Origin: Diplonema japonicum
Lineage: Eukaryota; Protista; Euglenozoa: Diplonemea
Assembly: GCA_964019335.1 (NCBI GenBank)
Contig: OZ025722.1
Coordinates: 186,001 to 250,000, forward strand
Reading direction: 5' to 3'
Length of the DNA: 64,000 bases
Of the stretch, positions 53,721 to 64,000 are shown piece by piece (position 1 is the stretch's first letter; every line of letters begins with the position of its first letter). The translations under genes were made by a program, and so were the position numbers. Under the pieces are notes generated by a model. The model was given only the letters and a program-made list of their open reading frames with translations. It did no database searches and was not told the DNA's origin.

Positions 53721-53860
53721 GTTGGTGTGATCGGTGACCAACACAGAATAATGGTGAAAAGAAACTAGTACTGAAGAGGAGGGGTCACCAGAGAAATCTG
53801 TTGTTTCTTCAGACGCTTGATCCACCCGTAGTAGAACAGCAGGAAGGGAGGAGGCCCCCC

Positions 53861-54143
53861 CCACAAGAAGAACGGTGGGATCCCCGCCTTCCTCGCCTCG
53901 GAGGGGTGGATGGGGTCGTCGTGCGCCCCCATCTTCACCCCCACTGGTTCCTCCCAGTCGCAGACGATGACGGTCTTCCACAAGACCCTTGCTGCTGGGG
54001 AAGTGTTCGATATCCCTGTCACTGGTGATGCCCCGCACGTTGCAGTCTTCTCCACCACTGGGGTCGTGGATGCGGACTGGTGCCCCAAGAAGGCAACCGC
54101 CACGGGCACCACAGGACCGCAAAGACCGTGTGTGTGCTTGTGA
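53861..54143 (+). pseudogene. 5'-truncated Cys-rich family copy (constant C-terminal part only)
   Basis: Near-identical to HKKNGGIP...CVCL*; no upstream coding half. Confidence 0.9.
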
Positions 54144-54213
54144 TGATGGCTTTTCTCAAGATGAGCGAAGAAAGAAAAAAAAGATAAAAAACCCTCCGTT
54201 TTTTTTTTTTGAC

Positions 54214-55779
54214 CGACTGCTGTGCACAGTGGTGAAGGTAGGCGGGTCGGATACGGAGCTGTGGGACCGGATGGGGAGGTGTGCCGCCCTGTACCGGGAG
54301 TGCGATATTGAAGCCCTGGGGCCAGTGGGGACCCTGATGAGAAGATGGCTGCCGGCGATCGGGAAAGGCTGGAATTTCGTGGTGGGGCTGGGTGCCATGC
54401 CGGAACGCGAGCGCAAGCACGAGATCCGGCGGGTGGCGAGGGCCATGACGGCAGCCGAGCTAGCAGACGGGAGGGACTCCTACGACGGCATGCCGGAGGG
54501 AGCCGACCCGGACACGAACGTGTGGTGGAGGTCACTCTCGGGCAACCCAGTGGCGGCGTACCGACTGAGGAGGCTGATTGCAGGAGCGGTGTTTGCGGTC
54601 TACCCGGGAGCGCGGGGCGTGGCGCAGGAACCGAACAACCCGCTGCAGCACCTCTGCGACGTGTGTGAGGAACGGTTCGGCAGCTACACGGAGGTGCTGG
54701 AGCACGCCCTCTGGCGATGCGAGCCGGGTGTCGCGGTGCGGAGCAAGGTGGAGTACGCGAACCTGGACCCGGCAGCTATGCCGAAGGCGACGAGGCTCCA
54801 TGGGGTGGTGCCCAGAGGCTGCCAAGACAAGCCAAGGGCCTTACTGGTGCAGAAGTACCTGCTGGAGGTAGTCACGCGGAGGGATGCAGCGGTGGAAGCG
54901 AACCGCGCACTGCAGACCGGGCGGTCGTGACGGGGAGGGCGCACCCGACGCCGACGGTGTCTGAACTACGAAGGCTGGGGGCGTCAGGAACAGTGATGGA
55001 CAAGCTGCTGAGGCCGGTGCTGAGGTGGTTGGGAGGCCTGCTGTGGGATGACGCGCCTGGTCGGCACACGGCGGTGACGACGTTAGAGCTGGCCCTCGAC
55101 TTCGAGAGGGTGATGGAGCTGCCGCTGGACGACGGCGGGGAAGTGGGCAAGGTGGAGGACCTGGGCGTCAAGGCAAGGAGGCTACGGTATGTGCTGAGAC
55201 GAGTCCAGGACCTGTACCACGCTGATGGCAGAGGGGTAGCGTTCCCAGCGGCGCGAGTGGAGCGCGTCAACTCCCTACGCTGTATCGGAGGACCGACCAC
55301 ACACGGGTATGACAGGAGGCCAGTACTCCCGGAACGAACCATGAGTAGCATCGAAGGCTTGCGGGACAGGTACCTGTCGCAGACACCGACAAGGCTGCCC
55401 CGCAGCATGACCACCGCAGTAGGAACCCGCCAGAGCCCCCAGAACGGGGACAACGGGGACTAAGCGCAGCGCGGCCGGTGAGCGCAAAAACGCATACCTT
55501 AAAAGAATAGTTTTTTTTTTTTTGCCATTGGAGGAAAGGCAGCTATTGGTTTCTCCAGGAGGCCTATTTTCGCCACCCGCTCCACGCACGACAAGCTAAT
55601 GGAATTGAAAGCCGCCTACAAGCGGGACCGCATCACACGACTCCGCAAGACGCTCACGGCCTCAATCGGAATGAAAGCAATGCTCCAGAAGGGGAGTATT
55701 AATAGATAGACCCCCCCCCTCCCATAGGGCGGTCCTCTAGCGGGGGGCTTGTCCTGTACTTTGAGTTTCTTTTTTAAAC
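54214..55779 (+). mobile_element. 5'-truncated non-LTR retrotransposon-like insertion
   Basis: GC-rich insert interrupting the family 3' spacer between TTGAC and CAACGTGATTCGGG; CCHC knuckle CDVC...TEVLEHALWRC typical of the post-RT region of LINE ORF2; frameshift near 54925; no RT core present. Confidence 0.65.
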
Positions 55780-56574
55780 AACGTGATTCGGGTAATGAAC
55801 ACGCCACCCGGCACGTACAAACAACGGTCAGTTACTCTTTTTTCATCCCCGCCATTCCCCCGCCCCTTATCTCCCTCTCTCTCTTTTGGTGCGCGCATAA
55901 AGAATGACGCGGTGTCTCAAAAAAGAAATCTTTTTAAAAATCCCCCCCCCTCCCCTCCCCTTTTTGATGACACCATAATGTTACACAAATTTCTTTATCT
56001 GTGGAATTTCTAGAAGATTTTACGGAAATCCGCAGAGTGTCACCGAACACACCACTTTTTTTTTTTTTAATTCTTTTTTTTTCCCTTCCTATTCATGTCT
56101 CTTCTTCTTTTCCTCTTCTTCTTCCCTTTTTCCTGTTGCAGAAAGGAACCGTGCTGAAGGGCGGTTTCTCCTCTGTGAGTCTCACCGTGTGACTTATGAA
56201 CAAGGTAAGGACCTGCATGAGGGCTAGAGAGGGAAGAAGTTTAAGTGGAGGACGAAGTAGGATATAATATTTTTTTCTCACCCCCCTCTTCTATGACGCA
56301 CCAGTGAATTCAGGATCACCAAGCGTCAAGAGAAAACAAGCGAAAAACTGCGGTCTCTCGATCCTCCCGTGGTTTTTTTTCTCTCTCTTTTTTTTTTTTT
56401 TTTTGTAGCTCTGCTTGTTTCTCTTTTTCAATGTCTTATGAAAAAAAGGAAGGGCGGAAGTCACCCCCCCCCTCCCCATCCGTGCGAAAGAAATATTGGA
56501 TCTGGTGCTTTATAATACCCCTTGGAAAACCCCTACAGGACAACGAATAAACCAAAAAAAAAAAAAAAAAGAAA

Positions 56575-58428
56575 ATGCAGTCAAATCAAAAAGACTGCCA
56601 TGCAAAGTGTCAGAAGTGCGGCGTGCCACGCGACGAAAGAGCGTTGTTCTGCCCGTGGTGCGGTGCCATGGCTGCCGTTGGCGGTGCGCAGAAACAAGTA
56701 GGCCCAGCCGAGTACAGCGATATAGTAGGACATGTGAGATCAAACGTAACCCGCAACGAATATATGGCAAGAGCCCAGATCAAAGAACGTAGAGTAAGCG
56801 AAAAATCAGCCGTTCTGTGCAGCCTCAAAGAAACGTGTTCACGGAAACGGCTAACGGCAAGAGAAGCAACGGAAAGAACAAATCTAGAAAGATACCGATC
56901 ACGCGACGCCCCCACCACATCACCATCGCCTTCATCATCGGTCTGTAACGAAGATCTAATCGATCCAAACTTCGACTTCTTTGTAGAAAACGAACACGAT
57001 ATACCTTACACTAAATTGCGAACCCTGGAAAACGACGAAGGAGAATCGAGAGCGGATATCGTGAACAAGCACGCAGCTACCATTTTAAAACTGCGAATGT
57101 CCCATCAAGAGACTCTTATCTTCAATACCGAGGTGGTTCGAAAAAGGCAAAAGCTCAAGGGGAAAACCCCAATTGAAATCTTGCAAGCCTCGCAAACCCC
57201 CACCGAACAGTCGAACCGAATCCACTTCGTGTCATTAAACGGCAACAATACCCCCAAGTCGCGCAGAGCATCACGGATACGAACGCAGCCAGTACTACAG
57301 CCCCCTTCACCGAATGAATCACGAAAATGTGATGTCGAAAGCCTCATAAGAGCAGAAGTGACGGACCCTGTACGTTTTATCAACGCGGTTACTCAATTAA
57401 ACTTCAGGGCCGCGTGCAGTTTGCTGCCTGCCACATCGCAACTAAACAATGTGATCCGGTGTATAGTGCAGCATAAGGCGAGCCCGTCGGACCCCTTGGT
57501 GCGGCAGAGATTTCTCAAATCTTCGAGCTTTTTCGCGAGCTCGCGTGCTGTATCTACTACAACGACCCCTTTTTTCAGTTTGTACTTCAAAGCCATGATC
57601 GAAGCCGCACCGCAAGACGCTGCGCAGGCTTTGCAGAGTCGATTCAAACCGAACGAGACCGACTGTGAATTGCACTATCTTCTCGGGCTTGCGGTTCTTC
57701 GATCTTCGAAGGATTTGATTTCCGTGGCGAGCGGAAAGGAACACCTCCGAAAATGTTTGCTCATCGATCCAAAACACCCCGTCGCGAAGGACCTGCTCCG
57801 GAAAACAGATTCCCTCACCAAGCTTCGAACAGAATCTGCAGAAGCAGCGAAACGCGGGAAATGGTCCACCGCAAGAAACCTCCTCGCAAAGGCGCTCAAG
57901 ATAGACCCCAACAATGAAATGATGACCAAAGCTCTAAGAATGCGGAAAGCGGACGTTTCCTTCCAATCAGAATGCTACCACGATGCGATCCGAGAATACA
58001 CTGCAGTTTTGAATATTCACACAGATTTTGCAGAGGGGTACGCGAAGAGAGCCGCGGTACAAAACCGGTTGCACAACTACCAAGCAGCCTTTGATGATTA
58101 TCAGCAAGCCTTTCAATCAGGAGGTTCTGCATATAGTACACTTCTCGACGCGGCTGCCAGCCTGCTCAAGCAGTCTCGATCGCAGCCCTGTATTGCGTGT
58201 TCGCCTTATGAAGCTCTCTCGCTGCCGTTGACTGTAGACCTGAACGGGATCAAAAAACGATATAGGCGGCTCGCGCTAGAACACCATCCAGACAAGGCCA
58301 AGCATGTCAAGGCCGCCACCTCACAGTTCGCTCAGATATCGAATGCTTACGCTCTGATCAGCACCGCGGCTGCAAAGGCGGACAATGACAGGAAACACAC
58401 GTGCTGGCATGGCGCCCGGTCGGCATGA
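56575..58428 (+). CDS. TPR + DnaJ-domain co-chaperone (DNAJC7-like) with N-terminal zinc ribbon (617 aa)
   Basis: CQKCG...FCPWCG; TPRs (ALKIDPNN, YHDAIREYTAVL, YQAAFDDYQQA); J-domain IKKRYRRLALEHHPDK. Confidence 0.88.
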   Translation: MQSNQKDCHAKCQKCGVPRDERALFCPWCGAMAAVGGAQKQVGPAEYSDIVGHVRSNVTRNEYMARAQIKERRVSEKSAVLCSLKETCSRKRLTAREATERTNLERYRSRDAPTTSPSPSSSVCNEDLIDPNFDFFVENEHDIPYTKLRTLENDEGESRADIVNKHAATILKLRMSHQETLIFNTEVVRKRQKLKGKTPIEILQASQTPTEQSNRIHFVSLNGNNTPKSRRASRIRTQPVLQPPSPNESRKCDVESLIRAEVTDPVRFINAVTQLNFRAACSLLPATSQLNNVIRCIVQHKASPSDPLVRQRFLKSSSFFASSRAVSTTTTPFFSLYFKAMIEAAPQDAAQALQSRFKPNETDCELHYLLGLAVLRSSKDLISVASGKEHLRKCLLIDPKHPVAKDLLRKTDSLTKLRTESAEAAKRGKWSTARNLLAKALKIDPNNEMMTKALRMRKADVSFQSECYHDAIREYTAVLNIHTDFAEGYAKRAAVQNRLHNYQAAFDDYQQAFQSGGSAYSTLLDAAASLLKQSRSQPCIACSPYEALSLPLTVDLNGIKKRYRRLALEHHPDKAKHVKAATSQFAQISNAYALISTAAAKADNDRKHTCWHGARSA

Positions 58429-58981
58429 TTTCCTCAGTAGACCAAGTTCCCAGTTTGGACAACTTTTCCCAAAAAGACTTCAAAATTCCATTTATGATGA
58501 CCTGATCGACAGCGACGGTCCTCAGTCAACAAATGGAGGGAAAACAACTTGTGTCGTGTTGAAACCTTGTACCCCCCCCCCCCCCCCCCTCTCTTGTTGT
58601 TCGCCTTGCCGCAGTTTCAGAGAGTCGTGAAAACCACTTACCGATCGCCAAGTAATGACTTCACCACCTCGAGGTAACGGTAAAGTCATTACTTGTTGGT
58701 AGTAAATAGCTATTTTTTTTTTTTTTTCTGTCTTCTTTTTACAAAGAAGTGGCTTTTTTTTTTTTTTTTTTTTTCCCTCTTTTTTTTTTTTTTTTTTTTT
58801 TAATGAACAGTAAGCACCCCCATGCACACTGAAATTTTATCGAGTTTATTATTATATGATTTTATGCAACTTTGTGCCAGAGCAAAGAAAAAGAAAAATA
58901 GGAGGGGGGGGAGGGCGGGGAGGAGGAAGAAGAAAAAAAAAAGGAATAAAAAAAAAAAAAAAAAACGAAGGGAAAAAAAAA

Positions 58982-59070
58982 ATGGGAGAAGATGGCAATG
59001 CCCCCCCGAACATAAGTGAGGAAGAAACGCAGGAGATACAAAGGCTGAAGGAAGAGGTATGTGATGCGGG

Positions 59071-59112
<42 letters not shown>

Positions 59113-60523
59113 CTACGCCATCGAGGCAGGACACGAGGAGAATTTAATAAATATCGACAAGCTGCAAAGAGAGCTACGAAGCATATCGTTACAACTCATA
59201 ACGCAACTCCGCGAAGAAGAAGATGCTCAGGTTTCCAGCGACGACAGGTGGGTCGAGGCTGAAAGAGCAAAATCGGAACAAGAATGGTTGATAAAGGTAT
59301 TTTCCCTTCACACACACACACACCCATCAAAGGCACTGCAAGAAGAGTTCCAAGGCATTCAAAAATCTATGCAAGACAAACGCGAGCGAGAGGCAATCGA
59401 GGCCGAACAGCTTAAAAGCATAGAAGACACGGAAGAAGCAGAAGAAGAACTAGTAAAGGTCTTAATGGGAAGAGAACGAAGGCTGAGAGAGCTCGAGGAC
59501 CGCTCCCTCACTGCAGAGGAGCTGTACGAGAGGAAGACAGAGGAATTGAACGAGCTTCTCACCCAGCACGACGAAATGGTGAAGGAAAGCTCGAGGTACT
59601 TTACCACAACTGAGAGGCTGATGCTCGACAAGAAGGTTGAAACAGAATTGTTGACAACAGAGTACAAGAGCCTGCAAAAAAAACGAGACTCTCTGACAGA
59701 AACCTTGAAATATCTTGAAGAACACAAACGAGCAGCCATGACACGACACGCCGATGGGATCGAGATAAAAGCAAGTTTGGAAGCCCAACTACACAATGAA
59801 ACAACGCTTCGCAACGACGAAATCGTAACCCTCACAAACCTACTTAACACCACCATGGGCGAGGAAGCCAGCAACCAACGAATCACGAAGCTAGACGAGG
59901 CCATGATGATCATCAAAGCATACACCATAAACGTCCAGAAAGACCGCAAATTCATGTCAGATATATTTGAAGTCTGGTCCACTCCAGAATCGTCTCTTGA
60001 CGGTTTCCACTCCGCCTTTGCTTACTTGAAACAGTACGTTACCTCTGCTTTTGGGGAACAACCAGAAGATCAACGGTGGGTCCTGTGTACCACTCAAGAG
60101 GCTCGTTATGATGAAGTTGAATCACTTCTCTCCGCTATCAAGCAATTGGTAGTGTGTTACGATATTATGGGAACTGCACAGAAGAGAAGGATAGAATGCG
60201 GTCTCGACATTATCAGAAACTCTTCTCATGTGCAGCGGCTTGCGGTGGAAAACGGGTTGAAGTTCAAAGAGATGCTTGCTGCGAGAGAGGAACGGCGAAA
60301 ACAAGAGGACGAAGCAAAGGCCCGAAAACTGAAAAATACACTTGAAAAATCTCGTTTGAGAGTGTCGAAAAAACGTCCCCAAACCGATATTCCTCCTTCC
60401 GAGCGGGAGCCTTCTGAACGGCCCGGAGCACGGTCTGGATCCATAGCTTCGACGCCGACAACATTTATCCCCCCTAAGGCCAGGTCTGCTTCGCCAAAGC
60501 TCGCACCCGTTCATGGGCTGTGA
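58982..60523 (+). CDS. Coiled-coil protein (~483 aa); exons 58982-59056, 59111-59296, 59333-60523
   Basis: E/K/L-rich; the poly-K and HTHTH stretches are 54- and 36-nt GT-AG introns. Confidence 0.75.
59057..59110 (+). other. 54-nt intron GTATGTGATGCGGG(A)39G, phase 0
   Basis: GAG|GTATGT...AAG|GCC. Confidence 0.75.
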
Positions 60524-60834
60524 AAAGGGGTTTATTTCCTTTACCTTTATTGGTGTGTTTGGTCCCCATCCTCTCCCCCCTTTTTTTTTCCGTAGTGTTT
60601 CAAAGAAGAAGAAAAGAAAAAAAAAAAAGAAAAAAAAAAAAGTCCGTATGTTGTAACCCCTTTTTTTTTTTTGTTCCCCCCTCCCTACTACTAGACATTT
60701 TTTTTGTTCCCCATTGTTCCTTTGTTGTTCCCCCCCCCCTCTCCCCCCACCACACTTGTAGTCACTTTTTTTTTTCCCTCTTGTTTTCGCCCCTCCACCC
60801 CACCTCTCCCCAGCCCCCTTTTCTTTGTCTTTGT

Positions 60835-60872
<38 letters not shown>

Positions 60873-60995
60873 CTTTCTTTTATTCCTTGTTTTTACAACG
60901 CCCTTTTTTTAAAACCACTAAATTAAAGGGGGGGAGTGCGGTGGGCGGGGGGGGAAGGGGGGAGAAAAAAGAAGAAAACAAACAAAAAAAGAAAA

Positions 60996-62205
60996 ATGGT
61001 GGTAACACCCCTCCGAGAGCACGAGAATGAGTATTCCACATACACCACGACGAACAACAGAGAGCACAACCGGAAAACGGGGTACCACGTGAGCCTCGCA
61101 GACTCAAGGGGGATCGGCGCGAAACCACCGGTGGGCAGACTGGTGAAGGTGAGGGAAAGTGTTAAGAAGGACGTCAAAAAAACAGCGCCCGAGAAACCCG
61201 AAGGAACCAGCATGGGCATGCGCCTGACAAAACTGTTAATGAGGAAAAAATGCCGGACGGCCTACCACGGTAGGGAAGGCCAGCTGGTGTTGGACCATCC
61301 AGAAGGACAACACCACCCTCACCACAAAACAAACAGGTACGAGACCTACCGCCAAATCCCTGACAAGAACGGGGCGTCTGTGAACTGCCGGTCCACAAGA
61401 CACCTCATTCACAGTGGAGAACCGACTGACTACTCAACAGAAAACCACACTGCTTTTGCCCAACGCATGCCTGTGAAGGACGCAACAAGGTTTAACTCAT
61501 ACCTTGTCAGAGACCACTGTCATGTCCAGGACGTCTCTGGTGGTTCAAACCCTGACCGTTTTACAACTGTCCTTTCAGAGACGATGCCTCCACGTCCCCC
61601 TATCGGGCTGAACCCGGATGATCTGGACCTTCTCCATGCAACCGCCGCATCTGCTCCCAACGCCGATCTTCGCACGAAGCTTGGGCTTCTTTCAGGGAAA
61701 CGGCCTGGGTTCAAGCCGTCCAGCTATTCTCGTTCTGTCCAGAACGTTCCAGACCCGGAGAAGGGGACGGAGGGTGTTGCAAACCCGTTTTACTTCAAGG
61801 GGAAGGTTGCAAGCCATAAGACTCGTTTTGAAACGGAGGGTCAGCAGCGGGCTTCGTTATCGCATTCGTGGCATGTGTCTCAGACAAAGGTAAATAAATA
61901 ATTAAAAAGAAGAAGAAAAAAAAAAAATTAACAGCATAATCCGATGGCAAATTCTCGTAGGCTTGTTAAGAATCCTCCGTTCTGTCGGGATGGTGTGCAC
62001 CCCACGCAGACTGAGCTGGAGGTATTGAAAGAAAAAAAAAAAAAATATTTAGATTGATGGGACATTGCCAACATCAGCGCCTGTTGGGAGCCCTAGTGCG
62101 ATAATCTGGCACCAGCTTAAGGCGAGGGAGTCGAGGGGTTTCGGTGGGCAGCCTGCTTTCGGTTATGCTAGCAAGCTTCGGGAACAGGTGCAAAGATCTG
62201 GTTGA
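60996..62205 (+). CDS. Hypothetical basic protein (~377 aa); exons 60996-61889, 61935-62021, 62053-62205
   Basis: Introns 61890-61934 (45 nt) and 62022-62052 (31 nt) extend the ORF stop-free to TGA at 62203-62205. Confidence 0.65.
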
Positions 62206-62508
62206 AAAAAAAAAAAGTTTAAAAATAGTTATTTATTTGTCCGTTGCTTTCCTCTCCTCCAGTAGTATTTCTTTTTTCTTCTTCTTTTTTTTTTTTTTAC
62301 CAACATGTTGTTTACCCCCCCCTTATAAAAATAAAGACATATGTCACTGTAAAACTTCCTCAGAAAATTCTTTTTTTTTTTTAAAAAAAAAGCGGACCAA
62401 TTCTTACAGTACTTTTGTTATTTAAAAGTTCCCCCTCCCCCCGTGAAGAACGGAAAAAAAACCCCCCCCACCGTTTCTTATTCTATTTTCTTTTCGCGCT
62501 ATTCTTTT

Positions 62509-62546
<38 letters not shown>

Positions 62547-62576
62547 CCCAAAAAAAAAAAAAGAAGAAAAAAAAAA

Positions 62577-63841
62577 ATGTCAATAGAACTCGGAGGGTGC
62601 GTGCTCCTCGAAACGAGCAAAGGGGACATCGTCATCGACCTGTTCACAAAGGACGCACCCAAAGCATGCGAGAACTTCCTGAAACTCTGCAAAATAAAGT
62701 ACTACAACAACACAACATTCTACAGAGTGGAGAAGGATTTTATAGCAGAGTGCGGTGACGTGGATAAGGAGGGCGGGAACTCCGTGTGGGGCGTCATAGC
62801 GGGCAAGACAAAAACGTTCGAAGACGAAACAAAAATGCAAACGAGAAAAAAAAACAAAACACGCTTCGAGCGAAGAGGGCTCGTCGGCATGGTGAACAAG
62901 GGGAAACCAAACACAAACACATCCAGATTCTTTATCCAACTGGGCGATCGCCACATTGACTTCTTAGATGAAAAACACACAATCTTCGGGGAAGTCTCTG
63001 AAGGACAGCACGTCGTGGAAAAGCTTAACGAAACATATGTAGATTCCAATCATGTCCCAGTGAGACGTTTTGCGATACACCACACCCATGTTCTCTGCGA
63101 TCCGTTTGCAGAGCCTCCCGGTCTGGCTTCGTTAATTCCTGAAAGATCTCCGGAGCCAGATTTTGCCGAGCTTGAATCTGATGACGCTGTCTCGTCTGGT
63201 TCTGAAGAAGAGGACATCGATCCTGAAAAATGGAGCGCGCTGATGGAAGCCCGAGAGGCAAAGTCTCGAGAAGTTATGCTTGAGATGGTAGGCGACATTG
63301 CCGACGCCGACACCGTCCCCCCTAAAAACGTTTTGTTCGTGTGCTGTATCAACCCGGTTACGGAGGACGAGGATCTCGAGCTTGCATTCTCCCGATTCGG
63401 GAAAATTACGTCCTGCGAGATTCTCCGTACAAAAGACGGGACCTCCCTCCAGTACTCCTTCATAGAATTCGCTTCTATAAAATCATGCGAACAAGTATGG
63501 GAAAAATTTTAAAAAAAAAAAAAAAAAAAATCCAGGCGTATCTTAAAATGGAAAACGTTCGAATCGACGACCGGCGTATCCACGTTGATTTTTCGCAGTC
63601 TGTGCCGCGTGTCTGGTCGTCTTGGATGAAGGGCGAGGATTCCAAGTCCCTCAAGGGCGGGAAGGGTGGGAAAGGCGGGAAGGGTGGGAAGGGCAGCAAG
63701 GGTTTTAAAGGCGGGAAGTCGGGCGGAGTGAAACGAAGGCGATCGACCTCGGACAGCTCGTCCGAACCCAGGCACAGGCAACGGAGAGACCGACGACGCT
63801 CGTCTTCAGAGGAAGAAAGAAGGTACCGGAGAAGACGCTGA
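62577..63841 (+). CDS. PPIL4: Cyclophilin-RRM peptidyl-prolyl isomerase (~407 aa); exons 62577-63494, 63536-63841
   Basis: VLLETSKGDIVIDLF..NFLKLCKIKYYN; PPKNVLFVC.INPVTEDEDLE..FSRFGKI; CEQ|AYLKMENVRIDDRRIHVDFSQS restored by a 41-nt intron; GGK- and RS-rich tail. Confidence 0.93.
63495..63535 (+). other. 41-nt A-rich intron, phase 0
   Basis: GTATGG...(A)20TCCAG; its removal restores the conserved PPIL4 RRM. Confidence 0.9.
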
Positions 63842-63942
63842 TCGAAGAAATTTAAAAAAAAAAAAAAAGAAAGTGTTTCGACAGTGTCGGGAAAAAAGTT
63901 TTTGAAACTTTTTTTTGTTTCTTCTTTTTTTTTTCCCCCCAT

Positions 63943-63983
<41 letters not shown>

Positions 63984-64000
63984 CTCCAAAAAAAAAAAAA

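Noticed and set aside
53989-54930. 313-aa ORF as a real gene
   Set aside because: Chance read-through from an alternate frame of the pseudogene fragment into the retroelement remnant

Overview
Eukaryotic protist genomic DNA, most consistent with a diplonemid-like euglenozoan (inference). Every intact gene is on the + strand, intergenic DNA is dominated by long A/T/C/G homopolymers, ATGs usually follow an A-run, and tiny 31-88 nt GT-AG introns often have poly(A) rather than a pyrimidine tract before the 3' AG. 1-28.6 kb and 56.5-63.8 kb hold single-copy genes: an RRM protein, a pentapeptide-RCC1 fusion, an LRR/EF-hand protein, an FAD oxidoreductase, a 1698-aa cadherin-like multi-TM protein, an NRPS-like A-T-ankyrin-ARM protein, TPK1, a TMEM209-like protein, a PPR protein, gephyrin/MoeA, a TPR-DnaJ protein and PPIL4. 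A degenerate piggyBac and a candidate structured ncRNA also lie in the first region. 28.7-56.5 kb is a tandem array of 11 intact plus 1 fragmentary genes for secreted Cys-rich (GEGDCD-repeat) proteins with variable N-terminal and near-invariant C-terminal halves. The array is amplified as ~2.3 copies of a ~9.26-kb unit carrying a non-autonomous hAT element (27-bp TIR, 6-bp TSD, empty site visible), and ends in non-LTR retroelement debris. All calls are from manual motif recognition; no searches were run.
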